This document shows positions 14,401 through 29,400 of a stretch of 64,000 nt of DNA, piece after piece. A program made the translations under genes and the position numbers. Origin of the DNA: Iphione sp. A-MEVVRFRX5 (taxonomy: Eukaryota); assembly GCA_976226885.1 (NCBI GenBank), contig OZ320313.1, positions 105,834,001-105,898,000 of the forward strand. Direction: 5' to 3'. The notes under the pieces are model-generated. The model saw only the letters and a list, made by a program, of their open reading frames with translations. It made no database searches and had not been told where the DNA came from. How positions within the stretch are numbered: the first letter of the stretch is position 1; each line of letters begins with the position of its first letter.

Positions 14401-17400
14401 GATACACAGGATACTACAAAAGTGTGTGGATATGACTGGCCGACTCGGTGAGCATGGGACACTCACCCTGTAGCCTTGTACAGCTTCATTTCACATAACC
14501 ACCTTGTACAGCCAGTTATATCCACACGCTATGGTCGCATCCTCTTAATGTATGGTGTAAGGTAGGCATGCTGTATACCCTAAGGCTAAATTTCCATGTA
14601 ACCATTCTTTGTAAAGACTTCTATGGTGTTTACAGGAAAAGATCAATGGTTTGGATGTCTGTGAGTGTAAGTTTATACAGGTGATATGTTGATACCGAAA
14701 ACAATTTTTAACAGTGTATGCCGCCTTTACCTCGTCCATGTCGCCATACACGAAGACATAATCTCCAGCGTTAAGCACCAGTTCGGCCTCGGGGTTCTCG
14801 TTCGGGGAGAACTGGTCCGGGTCGTAGCTATATTTGGCGACGTAGACCTGGAAGGGGCTTCTCTTCGGCAGCGCCAAGTGGCTGTTGTCGCAGTCTCCAG
14901 GGGCAAGATGGCCGTCCATCTGAAGAAGAAACGCAAGGGGTGGTAGTGGAGGTTAGGGAGGAGGAGGGCGTATCCTCCAAACATAATAACAATCAAAATA
15001 TAGCAGTGGTAATGATCTATGTATTCGGCCAACTACGTGGACACTATGCGTAGGCGTTCGGTTCCCGATAGGAAATATTGGACAAATATCCATGATCAGT
15101 GCATATAGGCGTGATTATCTCCATCTATAGATGCACACACATATATATATATATAGAGAGAGATATACATTTACGTATATCTAGACCCAGGTGAACGCGG
15201 TATTTCTCCTGGGTTATGCGGTGCGTTTACCTAGATGTTCCCACAGATTATTTAGTTCACAAACCTCGTCTTTTGGTTTATCATCTGTTCTCAGATTTCC
15301 TGAGCTAGTACAGTACTGCACTGAGTGTATGATGGATTTGCGACTTGCTACTGGAGATAACATGAGGGGAAATCTGTCCGACCCTCGAGCCATCTACACT
15401 GATTATGTTGCAATCAATCAAATTCATTCTAAATATACTGCTTGACTGTATCTAGATCCTAAACGAGCGAAGAGCACTTTTTGTTTGTGGTATATCAAGT
15501 ATAGTGGATGTGGCTCGGCCTCACGACAAAATATTTCTGTTACTTGATGACAGAAAATATTAGCAGGCACGTATTATTGGCCTAACGTCTGGCATATGCA
15601 GCATATGCATTTACTACTACTAGTAATATCAAAAGCACAACCTATAACACCAGTTTATTGATTTATTATTGCTTCAGTGTCTCTACTTTGCATAATTATA
15701 TACTTCGTATAAATTGAATGTTGTGCACCTGACCAGGGAAAAAGTAATACAGAGAATGAAACAATCGCTTCAGATTTCTTATTCCTCGGCATGCTATATG
15801 TGCACCGGAAGGCAAACAACTCTGTTTTTATATGTCTTAGTCGTGCTATTGGTGTTAACAGGCCAACAAGAAACAACTTATTTATTTGCAGAGTTCTCCG
15901 GGTTTTTATCTATGTAAGAAATGCTTAGTTTATCAGATAAGAAATGACATACTGTATACACTGTGAGTAACAATCTCATGCCACTATATATTCTGTATGG
16001 ATTTCTTGGAAGACAGAATTTATTAACCCAATCACTAGACCCGCAACACCAGAGAAAACAGTAACTGGGATCTACGAGGTCTATTGCTTCCCACCAGCCA
16101 TTCAATCAAGTGGAACTCATTGGTTCTGCCTTGGTGAGCAGGTTCCTTGCATGTCCTCAAATGCTAAATTGTCTGCATGTGTGAGTACATTATTCGACCT
16201 AGAAACCCTCAAACTAGGTATGTATGTTTGAGGGCATGTTTGAAAAGGAGTAAATACCTGCAGGAAACTGGCTTGAATTTACCTTGAGAAAACTTAAAAT
16301 ACAACAAAAATTACCCAGTTTCATAGGTTCATATACATGAGTATCATATACCCAAATCAGTTCATTAGACTGAAGAGATTTAAAGTTATAAAACTCACAG
16401 GACTGTGATGGAAGGTCAGATGGTTGGACAGCCGTATTCCTAAGCTAGTTATTCCTCTCTATGAGGTGGGGGACAAAAAAGAATCAAATATCCTCCTCCC
16501 CACATGTACATAATCTTCCTGCCAATTCATTAGAACCCCGCGGTATTGGTGGTTGCGTTTTGCCTGGAATGGACGAAACCTTCAATTTTTTAGGACATTT
16601 CTGGTACTCGCACCCTCATCTCCAGATAGGTTGGGTGTTGCATAGTTCATGATCACTGAGCCTGAACATCGGTCGGAACCACTCAAGCGAAGCGTGTGTA
16701 GGGGCCGCCACCTCATCCCCGTAAGAGCCAAAGCTGGTGGGAAGCAGGGATTTGAACCAAAGATCCTTACGTGTTGATGGCAGCCTGAGAGCGAGGCCAC
16801 TGGCTCACCTCCAGGGCAGGATCTCTAAGTACTGAAAAAGATAGTTCTACCTGCGAAGTCTATGGTCCCCTGGCGGCTCTTCAATCTAGCGGAACTGATC
16901 TGTTATGCTCGGTTGTGGCAATAGCGCATTGTCTTTGATAATATCTAAATGCTACCTGATTTTTGCAAATATTACACCCCTTCAAACGACCGAAGAATAA
17001 CCCCGTGTCAGGAATTCGTGCAGTAGAATATCAGTCATTTGATATGACTTAACAGTTTAGGACGAAACAGACCTACAAACTAATGACAGAGGGTTACACA
17101 GTTGGACTGCATTCCCAAGGTCCCGCCTCTCTACAAGGCGGGGGGGGGGGAGCGACTCGTAGACTACTGAACCATGATGGGGTCACTTACCTGACCGGGT
17201 GAAGAGCGGAGTCCAATACCTGGACTCCCTGGAGGAATGGGCACACCTGCAACAGAGAAAGGAGGTGATGGAGGTCTGTTACACCTTGGAGGAGGGCGCA
17301 CTTTAAGTGTCCACTTACCAAATATCCTCACGGAATTGATTTAGAAAATCACGTGTACATTGTCTAAAATTATGTCAAATATTTGATAAGAAGATTTACG

Positions 17401-20400
17401 CTTGTCACGTAACATATCACCTAGCCACATTGAAATATTAGAAGAGACACACAGTAATTGCCTAACATCAATAAAATGGGTGACCATAAACTATTTAGCA
17501 TTTTGGGGTTGACGCACTTACAAATAATATATCAGTCATCCGTTGAAAAAAAACCCATCAAATTGTACAGCAAACTTCATCCAGCATACCTACCCGCCTT
17601 TCAAGGCAAAATATATGGTACTAAATTTATACTCTGTTAGTTGTAGATCGACCGTCGTACAGGCTAAGTGAGGGGAAAACATACAGTATATCTAAACATT
17701 GTCATTACTACGGTAGGCGTTTTAGTAAATCATAGTTATTAGGCTAAAGAGCCGATGGCCCACTCTAAGATAATGGCTGAGACATGGTGATGGATGAGCC
17801 TTGTTGGCTATTCTGACTGCCAGGGCAAATAGTACAGGTGTATTATGCTATGTTAGAGAGGCCCTATAACTTTGCCTTATCAATAGCGTTGACAAGTACA
17901 ATGGAGACTGAATTAAAATAAAGGTGTGTATCACACGATGAAGAAAAAAGAGAGGAAAATGAAAATACATATCACATTTGCATGTATCCAACAGAAAAGT
18001 ACATACACATGTACTTGAAAGGGATGTGTTAACAGGCTAAAATCTATACTGTTGTCCTGACTGCAGAAAGTCCAGTACTTTCACCGATATAATTATTAGC
18101 AAAATGTTACCGGAAGAAAACATTTCAGCTAAAAATAACTCAATACGAAAAAGACGTAATATGATTCCATGTAGACGGAGGAGATGTGATGAATCACCTG
18201 TTCCAATACTCTCTCCTAACCCCTAGTTCTAAGATGTCTTCAGACTAGAGTTTATAGCCAAATTGCCGTTAAGAATACTATTCTGTTTATTAGCATTTAG
18301 TACCCAGTGCAAACTACCTGGACAGATGAATCGATTCTGAAGGCTGAGGTTTCTTTGAAGCCAGTTATCAGTACGTGGCCTACGTAAAAACGGTCGAATT
18401 GTGAAGACTTTTAAATAAACCAATAGGTTCAAGGTGTTATGATAACCACATGTAGTCGGGGATACGGAAAAGGGTGTGTGTGTTGAGGAGGATGGGGGAG
18501 CAGATCTTGCCTTAGTTATATGTCCACGCAGCGACAGTATTGTGCAGTCATCCAATTGTCCGACACGATATAAACGAAGCAGGACTGTATATGGAGAACC
18601 TGTGCAATATGTATGAACTCCTGTCGGGTGGCATTTTCAGCAATGTACTGACACATACGACAGGGGTAAAGCGGGATGGAGAGGGAAGATATACTGCGAG
18701 GGAATCACCCGATTATTTAGAGCCAGTCCCAGTTACTGTCTTGTAACACAGCGAAAGGATAAACATTTGTATGCTTATGAAGCCCTGGGTGTCCGTGTTC
18801 AATGACCGCTTAGATTCAGGATGTTCTAATGTCTCCGAGGCGTGCGATGCAGCCATGAATATTGTAAATTTTGCCATTGTATGCAATCTACCGAACTCGG
18901 TGGAACTGAGTTGAAAACCGCCTGTGGCGAAAGACCATGTAGTGGGCGGTAAAGTACACACTACTGCATAATTACCATGTTTCTTCCATGAAAGTCAATG
19001 CGTATTCAGAAAGAACCTACCCACAGCGATTTATAAGAATACCTAATGCAGATGTCATTTAATGTTTATCATTCCATGTACAGATATTTTTGCACACTGC
19101 TAATCTTTATATCCATGCACAAGTCTTCGTGTGTAGTATCCTTTCACAGCCGTAATATGGGAAAACAATTAATATGACATATTTACCACCTTATTTCGGT
19201 CAAATAGCAATGGAAACAGTGTGGATTATTGAATTACCATAGTTCCTATTAAAAACACATCTGAACATGTGTGCATGTCCATGAAAATTTGGCGGAAATA
19301 AGCATAGCTTCTCCCAAAAGAAGCTGAAAACATGCCACCATGCCTATGAAAATACTAATGCGTGGATACTAAAGCCAAAACAAAAAAAATATGTGTATTT
19401 CTGGTCACCCATCCCTACCTAGTAAAACCTCACCCTACCTAAAGATTTTTTGGCCCCAAAGAGTTTCCAAGGCTGAGTTTCCTTAGATATGTGTTTTCAC
19501 AGCACATGTTTGGGTAAGTTTAGTAGAAATACAACAACATCCATGGAAATTCAGGAAAAAAACTGTAAGACTCATGCAAATTGGTCAAAATTCTTCATAT
19601 TGTCTTTATTATTATTGAAAACCAGAGGTAGAAATTGGGAAAAAATTTAAAAAAAAGATATTCCCCTCCCTAACTAGGTTTTTGGCTGGTCTTGACCAGC
19701 AACACACCTTTATTTTTGGGGGGGCCTAAGCCTAAACTTATAAACAGGGAATTCAATTTTTTTCTAACAAGAGCGTCTGTAAGATGGCTTGTTAATCCTA
19801 TACTGTATACGACGGCTCAGGGACGTTTGTATATATATATATATATATAATATGGCATATTCTAAGATGAATATCGAACATCTAGGAGCTAATTTGCTGC
19901 AGCAGCATTTTCTTCTTGGAACATCGACGAAAGGTATCTTAACATCTGAAGGTAGTCTTGATTGTAAGCTTTCTATAAAATGGAGAGTTGTTGGTGCACA
20001 TTTGATTTTAGGTTCTACCTTTTCATTTCTTTGGTTCTTGGGGATAGTTACTGTCAGAAAAACACCAGTTTTTGATTCTGATAAATATACTCAGGAAATG
20101 ATTAGTACACATACATTTTTCCCTATAGCAGGTGGTATAGGGCGGCTTACAATTACCCCTGTAAACTGCCACTTTCACCCCAACTCACTCCTTGCTAACC
20201 CACGAAGAGATTTGTGCATAAACACGGGATGATCAATAATCATTTTTAATGAATCAATCAATAATCAGAATATTGAATTAAAGATTCCAGTCAGTTACAG
20301 GTACAACAATGTTCAGTACTAGTTTGAGAATTTCAGATCAAAATTTGCAGATAAAAGACGAATTTGTTATCCCATGTTATCCTAAGGTAACATACTATCT

Positions 20401-23400
20401 ATAATTGATAGCAAAACCAGAGTATCTGGGAACTTCCCCTCCTGCCATTTGAATAGTTTTCTTTGATCTTCTTCTGCAAAGGGGACAATCCTTTACACAT
20501 AGGACTTTTTTCCCCTCAGATATAGCATTTGTTTTGACTTTGCATTGAGAATTGCTCTCTCCATGGCGATGGTCTGCATCACTTGTGAGAGTGTTTTTCA
20601 TTGGTGGATGGAGTCTTTGGATTCTAGGTGTGACGTACCACTTTCAGAACAGACATGCCAATTGCATAGCTCACCCGATGGTACATGTATCTCTATTTCC
20701 ACCTTGTTCAGCATTTGAGGCGAAAAGTGGTAAAAGTGCTGTTACAGTGCTCACATGAACACATGCACCTGTGAGCATGTATGCGTAAGAGCATGCACAT
20801 GTGAACAAATTCACATGCGCACATTTGCATGTGCGGATACATGCACAATTGCAAATAGGAAGATGCATGCACACATGCACATGCATGTGTGCAAAAAAGT
20901 TAATGAGCTTTTCCTTTTAAGGAAATTCTTGTTATAAGCTGAATGCATTAACTATCAGTGACTTAAAAAAACTGAAACCTCAGGAGCTGTGGACCAATTT
21001 CAGTCAGCACTGTTGTTTGTGTATTGTATATCTAGCAGTGGGCCCATGGGCCAATACTTACTAGTTTTTTTTAGGACGTATTGTACTTGGGAGGCAGGAC
21101 AATGGGACAAAGCTACTAGTTCTGTGAGTGTGAACTATACCAACAAATAGACTCCTGGGACAGCATCTGCTGGGTTTGTGAGAGTATCCTATGCGAGTCT
21201 GGCTCCTTGGACTAAGGTTTTATGTTTCAATGTGTAAACTCTACCTGGCAGGTGGGTCCCTGTGACCAATACTACCAGGTTTATAAATTTACACTATATT
21301 AACATGAGAGTCCTCAATATAAAGTAACGCAACAACTCTACTATCTGTTAGACAAGACAAGAGGTATTCATCGAACACACAGCTAGATCTGTTAAAGAAA
21401 TGAGACACTGTAAACTACTTTAAAGCACTAGATTGTTGAAGCTGTGCCTCGGGCCACACTGACTTATCTACTAGGTGTGATTAGCATCGTTTGAATAAAC
21501 ACACATCTTGACGTCTATGGTTTACCTTTAACCTGCCTTTCCTCTCCTAACACTTCGTCCCCCTCCTCCTCCTCTCCATCATGGTCGTCGTTGTCGTTGT
21601 CTTCCATGTCATCCGAGTCTAATTCTAAGGCCTCAATCTGGTGGCCCAAGGGGGTCAATTCTGACTTGTCCGCCCTTGGCCCAGCCAAGGCTCCAGATAA
21701 GAGGCCCTCCTCCATCGACTGAGAACCCTCTTTACCTTCCACCTCACATATACGACCGTCTGCTGGTAAACCGAAGCAACAGGGCCCAGGAGATAAAGTG
21801 GGTGTTTGGTAGTGCATAAGAAGTCGGGACGGGGAAGACGGTGCAGGAAACAACAATCATGCAGATTTTATTACATCACTGTAGATCCCAACCAGATTAC
21901 GTTGACATGAAATATCATGTGATATTCAGTCTCTCCCTCAAAAAGAAAGTACCATTTTCAGTCGGAACCTAACGAAGATTTTATCAGAACGGATGCGGAA
22001 CATGGCATATAAACTGGGAGCTGAGTGACCTCAAAAGTAAACAAAATGTTTTTGATGGCTTATTCTGCACACGGTGTGTACAATACATGTTCTTCTATTT
22101 TATAACATGTGTGATGAACAAAGTTCTACTTATTGAAGCTCAAATGCATGTGTAAGACTGATTACTGCTCATGGGCGTGGCATGTCATGACGGCCAGGTG
22201 ACAAACAAGCCCTGGGTCGGAAAGTGGAAAATTTACACACATGCAACGCAGTCTGGTGAATTTCATGTCTACACAATAAGGAAGGATGCAAAACATTATA
22301 GTGGTAATGCCAACTTGGCCACTTTACATCATATAATTCCCACATAGATCATGCATTTTCTTATTCAAGCATCCATGAAGTGAGAACACTGAAATATCAC
22401 ACGTGCATTAACAAAACTGTAACATGTGTGTAAAAATGCGGCGGACAGGGCTGATTAAAGTCCAGACTAACCTTGCGTGTTGATCCCCGGGTGATAGTTG
22501 TTGTTGTCCAGGGACACATGGCTGGCAATCAGTGGAGGCCGGCCGACGCCTCCTCCCACGCCGCCGCCCGGCGACCCCGCTCGCGGGCCGCGGGGAGACA
22601 CCGGTGGCGTGACGGCGGCGGCTGCAGCCGCGGCGGCCGTGGGCGGTAAGTCGCGGCCGGGCAGGGAGGGCGAGCGGCGGTCGTTGTCCGTTTGTATGTG
22701 GATGGCCTGCATGGTCGGCCGCTGCTTGGCCTGCTCGGCTTGATGGCGCAGGTGAGTCATCTCTTGCGTCAACTCCTCGTGCTTCATGGCCTGTAGTTCG
22801 CATTTGCGCTCCAAATCGCGCAGTTTGGCCTGTAACGATAGAAACATCATGTTTCATGTCGACTTCGAAATCTCAAAGATAAAAGTGAGCAGACTCAAAG
22901 CTGCATGATGATGGTCTTCATAAACACAGGAGGGGAGAGAGCCATAGCTAGTGAACCAACCAGGATTTAATTTGTTGCTTGTATAGTAAATGATACCGGT
23001 GAAAATTGCACGATACTGTTTGACAGAAAAGGAGAAGGAGGAAGAGGAGGAGGACAAGTAGGAGGAGGAGGAGGGAGAACGAAGATAAAATGGGTCGTAA
23101 GAGACAGGAAGGGGTGTAGGATATGGAGGAAGAATCGGGCCATTATCAGAAACAGTCACAGGTAACGTACACAAAAAGAGGACAGAGAGACGTCAACGTG
23201 AAATTGTCACGCACAGAATTAAGTTTACATCCTTTATACCCTGACCATATAGACTTTCATCAGATGAGGAGGAGGGAGGAGGTCGAGATGGTTGAGAGTA
23301 GAAGGGGGAAAAGGAGGAGAAGTAGATGGAAGAGGAAGAGTAGGAGGAAGAAAGGGAGGGCCGTGAAACCTACTTTATTCATGTAGCCTGTTATCTCCGT

Positions 23401-26400
23401 CCCCATGCTACCGCTAATGCTAAGACAGAGCAAAATTCCTAATCAAACAAGCCATGGATGTGTGGAATGTATAGGCATAAGTAGACACATATGCCAGATG
23501 GAATATGCTCCTGGAACACCTGGAACAGGACTTATATATAGCCCTGATTGATAACCTTACACTACACATCCTAAGGGCACAGTCTCTCTGGAACAACCAG
23601 GAGCTGATACCCCAACAAGGGTGCCTGTTTCAGAGAACAAGGCACCTTCAGTTGGTCAACAGCAGACAGAAAAGAAGAAGAAGAAGAAGAAGAAGAAGAA
23701 GAAGAAAAAGAAGAAAGGAGATTTTGACACAATATAAATACTATCAGTCACATGAGGAAAGGAAAGGACATAACAATTGACAAGGGAGAAAATACAAAAG
23801 GACATCACTCATTTGTGTAAGTGGCTAGTAGTACAAAAGGACATCACTGAAACGAGATCTAGAGATTTTTGGTGGATAAGAAAGTATCATTCAGTAAGTA
23901 TAAACATACATACATAACGTGACAGCACTACATAACCTGGCAAAGTATACATGCTGAGAACATGAAGGTTTACATTCTTAATGACTAAAATATCTCTACT
24001 CTCTAGTTTCTTCACTCGGAAGAACTTCAGGGTTTTTGCATCCAGAAAGTGCGGCCTATAGACATGTAGGCCGCTAGTTTTGATTAAACCGATTATCATC
24101 CTTAGCTCAACACAGTCAACCCAGACTTTTGTTAAAAAGTCTGTACCATCTGACTATATACTGTTCCTTATGCAGCTGTATACATTTTTGGACGGTGTGG
24201 TAAACATCCATCGGTCATGTGGCACATGCGTATTTATTTGTGTGCTTGAGTTATAGTAGAGGTGGAATCTTAGTTGACAGTGCTAGTCCGAGGTTAAACG
24301 CACAAATTGGGTTCTATTCTCTGTTGATGCTCTCATATTGGCACTCTACACGCTTCATCTTGTTTTTTTGTTTTCGGTTTGCATTTGAGTTTTGTGAGCA
24401 ACAGGTCTGCGACACTATTTATTAGAAATATTAACTTAATTCAAATCAATGCGCAAGCGCATTTTAAAAATAATAAGGCATAATACTATCAAAGGCGAAG
24501 AGAACAACAGTAATTAATAACATCAAATAGGTATTGTTACATTATCTATTTATCTCATTTTTCGGAAGGTCTGACATTTATGAACTTAAAAAACAGAGCC
24601 CGATGCACCTGGTGCCTACAGTCAGATTAGAATGATAGGATTTGGGGGGGGGGGTGAACAAAAAATGTGTATTAACCTAGTCAGCTGGTCAGAGTCTAAA
24701 TGTCTCCTAAACGGTCTGCAGTAGGTGGCGTGAGCTTTGTGCCGTATTACCTGTCCCGGCCGCTAGGGGGATCCTTATTGGCAAGCTACACTGGCCGTAT
24801 CAATACACCGATTCAGGCTGACCTTTCAATAACCCTGACCAAGCGAAAGAGAGAGAAATGTACAGAAGGTTCTTGTGTTGTGCATAGAGAAAAATGTGTC
24901 CCCCAGCCAACACAAAAACATGGGGGTGGTGTGTTTGGTTGTTCAACAGGTGTGAAAAAAATGCAATCCGTGTCAAAATTTCACTGCACTGAGATGGTTG
25001 CTAATGCCGGATAGAATTAGCGGTGATGAGTCCAGGACGAAAATCTCCAGATCGCACTTACCTGCAATCCTTCCAGGGCTTCATCGTGTTCTCTTTGAGA
25101 CTCTTCTTTCGCCTGAAATAAAGACAGAAAACAGAAACACTGAGTTCTTCATGTAAAATGGTAGGAAAGGTTTCCTTTTTACAACAGTGGTTTTATTCAT
25201 AACTAGCTTATGAGACATGATTGCATTATTTGTATTTTTTAATATTAACGTTGCATTGTCAGTAAGCTATAAAGAATCTGTAATGAGATGGGATGCAATT
25301 TATGTCATCTATAAGATTTGATCGCCTGCGACACAAACCTGTCATAGCTGAAGTAGTTTCTTCTGTTTTGAAAATACAACGTATATCAGGAGATTTATTG
25401 CTAACGACTGTCTGCTGTTAATTTCTCTCACGGCAAACTATCGTCACATTCACTGTTTGAAAGTGCTATATGCCTGAGGCAACTGAATGATAGGTGTCAG
25501 GAACATATATTTAAACATAGTCTACCCTGAAACAAAGCACTTTCTCAACACCCTACTCATGCATTTGTATGCATATCCATGTATGAAATTAACCATGCAG
25601 CAATACCCGATGCAAATGTAACCCGTCTACATAACGCAGGGATGCAAATATGCTCACTGAACAATACCTGTCAGTAATCTAATGCAACAATGCATTGACC
25701 CAATGCAATGAATCAATGCAAGTGTGGAAACCGGTCCTAAGTAAGAGAATAATGATACTCCATATAAGCATCAATACTAGCCACGCCGCCCGCAGTATTA
25801 TGTAATGAGCTTAAACTTTACTGGTAACATCAGCGGAAAATCGATAATATATAATTTTAAAAAGGACGATGTACATGAGATAACAGTAATTACTGTCTAG
25901 CATCAATGAGAATAGCTAAGAAGAGGGGTTTCATGTGATCATTATATTCACCTTCCTGTGGCCTTTACAAATTCGCTCTGCCCCCCCCCATCTATGGCCA
26001 CCACGCCCTGTTGCCAGTTGGTGAAAATCTATTGAGTGGCCTACCAGTCTGTGCGTAGTTATACAGGCGTGTGGACTGTAAAGCCAATATTATTAATTGA
26101 CCATGGATCCATTGGGGCCCATAGATTACTACTGAGCACACAATTCCCCATGGATCTCTTTGTGAGCAAAGCCCTGATGAAGCCGGCGGGTATATATGGG
26201 ATGTTTGGAGATAACAGGGCTACCTCTGATGTATAGAAAAAGCACACTTCCACCTGTCTCTGTGTGTTGATGCGTTTGTGCGTGCGTGCCGGTGCAGCGT
26301 GGGGGGGCGGTACCACAAAGGTAGGAGCCATCTGTTTAATTAGCTGGGCTAGCAGCCTGGCAGCCTTCGTAAAAACAATGGATCGGTAGGCGGCTCATAA

Positions 26401-29400
26401 GCCAAGGCTACTGACACACACACGCCACTCCCTCAATACCACACCTTAATGGCCAGTCAAGGCTGTCCCGAGGGCCGCTCGGAGATGGGAGGAGATAATG
26501 GACCGGAGTACCTTTGTAAGCGGCAGTGCTTAGGCTCTTGGCCTGTTGCCGTAAATGATCATTCGTGAACAGATGGGATGTCAAGTTGTAATAAGACCCC
26601 GTATATGGAACTAAGCAAACCTCGGAGTTCCGCATGGTTCCTCTACTGATTCTCAGTCGTGCGGATCTCTGAAGCAATGTGATATAGAAGGATGTAACAG
26701 GATTGTCCTCAGAGGTATGGTCGGGCTAGTGGTAAACGAATTGACTGACCACTCACTGTGTACGAACGTCAAAATGATGCTGCTTCAGTGTTTACAAACA
26801 GATTGGTACAAGTCAGCAATTAACTAATTTAATGTCCAACCTTTCCCTCGTGTACAGTATTGGTGTAAGGGCCAATGTGTTAGTGCCGTCTATCGCGAGA
26901 GTGAATTAGGTTGGGTTTCCATGCATCTGATTTTGTGAACAGTATCCACAATATGTGCGAACAGGGATTTCCTGTATCATGAGAATGATGGCACATGTTT
27001 GGTCCATGTGTCTAAGTCTCTGTGGCTGATGTCTGACATCAGCAATGTCCGTCAATTTCCCATACAACTGATCAGACATACTAGTAGTATAGGACATGAG
27101 TGCTCTGGGAACATCAATGAGTTTCTGCTGGATTATGAAGCAAACATCATATTCTCTTGTTGAGATCATACGATCTTTTCATGTCATTGTACTAGACCTG
27201 ACCGGCATTAAAAATTGGATCATATGATCCAAAAGTCGGAATTTCAGTGAAATGATAATTTTAAAAAATAGTATAGCACAGGAATGTAATGGAATAGATG
27301 TTTAGACAGTTTACAAGGTTTTAACAGGAATTCCTCAAGATCTATACAAAAGCATATAATTTATGCAAATTTGGCAGGAATTCCTCTGAGATCAGGTACA
27401 TACACATGCCACAGGCCACAGACAGAGGGATGGAGAGAGGCGCAGAGAGAGGGAGAGAAAGAATACACCATATACCTAGGATAGGGATGTCTGTAAGTGT
27501 CTGGCAACATGGCCTTTTAACAATCTGATACAATGTACATGTAAATCCAGTGGTAATCTAGCAGCAGTATATGTCATGATATATGCGCCGCTAGGCAGAA
27601 TGGATGCCGCCATGCACGTACACCAACTAGAAATACAGATGCCGATCTCGTAACGGGCAGTTTTATACGTCGCAGTATTTACACCACTTGTTTGAGGATT
27701 GAAAGGCAGATAGTGTAAGAAGAGCCCGTGTGGTATAAATGAGAAAATATACATGTACATGTATGAACGTTTTGTGTGTGTGTGTGTGTGTGTGTGGGTG
27801 TGCAAGGTGGGGGGTGGCATTTTCTTATGTAAGGCCACTATTTGTCAAACTCTTTTTGTAAGAGACAGAAAAAGGGAAGCCAACACAGGCTCAATACTCA
27901 ATAATGATACATTGATAATTGATGAATATTAACATTAAATTTGGAAAAATACTGCTGGAATGATACATTTCCCACAACGAAGTTTCTCAGCGCGAAGAAG
28001 ATAAATAGAACACATCCACTGTGTAAACAGAGGTATACATGTACCTGTATTGAATTATACCCTATTAAATATGGCACTCGGAAATTGCCACAATCATACA
28101 AATGGATGATGCGGGAACCCCCTGTTCCTCCCTCCTAGACATTAATGATTCCACCACTGTGGACTCATAATTCCGGCCCAGCATGAATACAATACCGAAA
28201 AAACTTTAGGACAAGACCGTTTTTTAATGAAGATTTCCCTAACACTTTGAACAAGAAAATCTTCGGCCGATCGCCCATGTCTCTGGGAGATTTTCTCTAT
28301 AGACAAGGAAGACATTCTTGGGGGGAAAACTTGTCCCGGTATAAATACATGGACGCCGTCTCCACAATCTCTTTATTATGTTTATCATACGGTTGTGGAA
28401 GTTGTAGTAAAACCTGTTTTCATTAGGGCTGCTGGGCCCTGAAAAAAAGTTGACTATTGCGCCCCTATAAGAGGTTGAGATATTACCTCTGATCAGGAAT
28501 GGCTGCTGCTGATTCGTGTTTATCTACCTTTTTGTATAGCATTAATGGAGAGTGTATATATTTTAGCCTACTTTCATACATATCTAGTGAAGGTTTTCCG
28601 GTAGGTGACGGGGACTTAGTGCCGCCCAAACAACACTGATGATGTGAGTGCGTTCTAACCTCGACAACCTCACTTGGCTTGTTTTATTAATGTCTTTGTT
28701 ACCGGTCGGGTTGACTGGTAGACTGGGGTACGGTTGGTATGGTGGGGAGGTAACGGTTGCCGCCCGCGGCAGTCCCAAAGGATTTTAGGAATATATTGGC
28801 ATATTCAACGACCTGTGTTATTTGCCTCGTTATTGCTGTTGTTATTGTCCATTTTCCCTATACATTTTCACTTTGGGACTGACGTTAACGGTGAAAGTAA
28901 AAGATGTTAGTTGGAGGCAATGAAAAACAGCTGTATAAGGGGAATGGCTGATTTTTCGGAAAAAAGGAAGACCGCTGCTTGGTAAAGTATTACACAATCC
29001 TGTCAATACCAAACGTCTATATGTGGGGATAGGGAGGTTATAAAAGTGCCCATATTAAGGTAGGATGTTATTCGGCCTTTGCGTTCACTTGCCACAAGAG
29101 ATAAGTTGTTGCCTTTTGCATTGGATTCCAAAGGCTTTGGCATTTTAGACCTGATGAGGACTGACGCGGTCTTTACTTGGAAAAACATGCTTGCACCAAA
29201 GTTTTCTTTTCTCTTTTTTTTTAAATAAACCATTTCTTTACATGTAAATACTATGTAACAATCAGTGTTGCTGACCACATCACCCAGGACAAATGAAAAT
29301 GTGTTCTTTTATGCCAGCAGCCACATCTAACACACAGAGGTATGTGGAAAGTTGCCTGTGCATAATGAAGCAACGCATAGAAATTACATAATAGAAAATA

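Noticed and set aside
29150-29190. CTGATGAGGAC...GTC hammerhead-like start
   Set aside because: No GAAA after the stem and no stem III.
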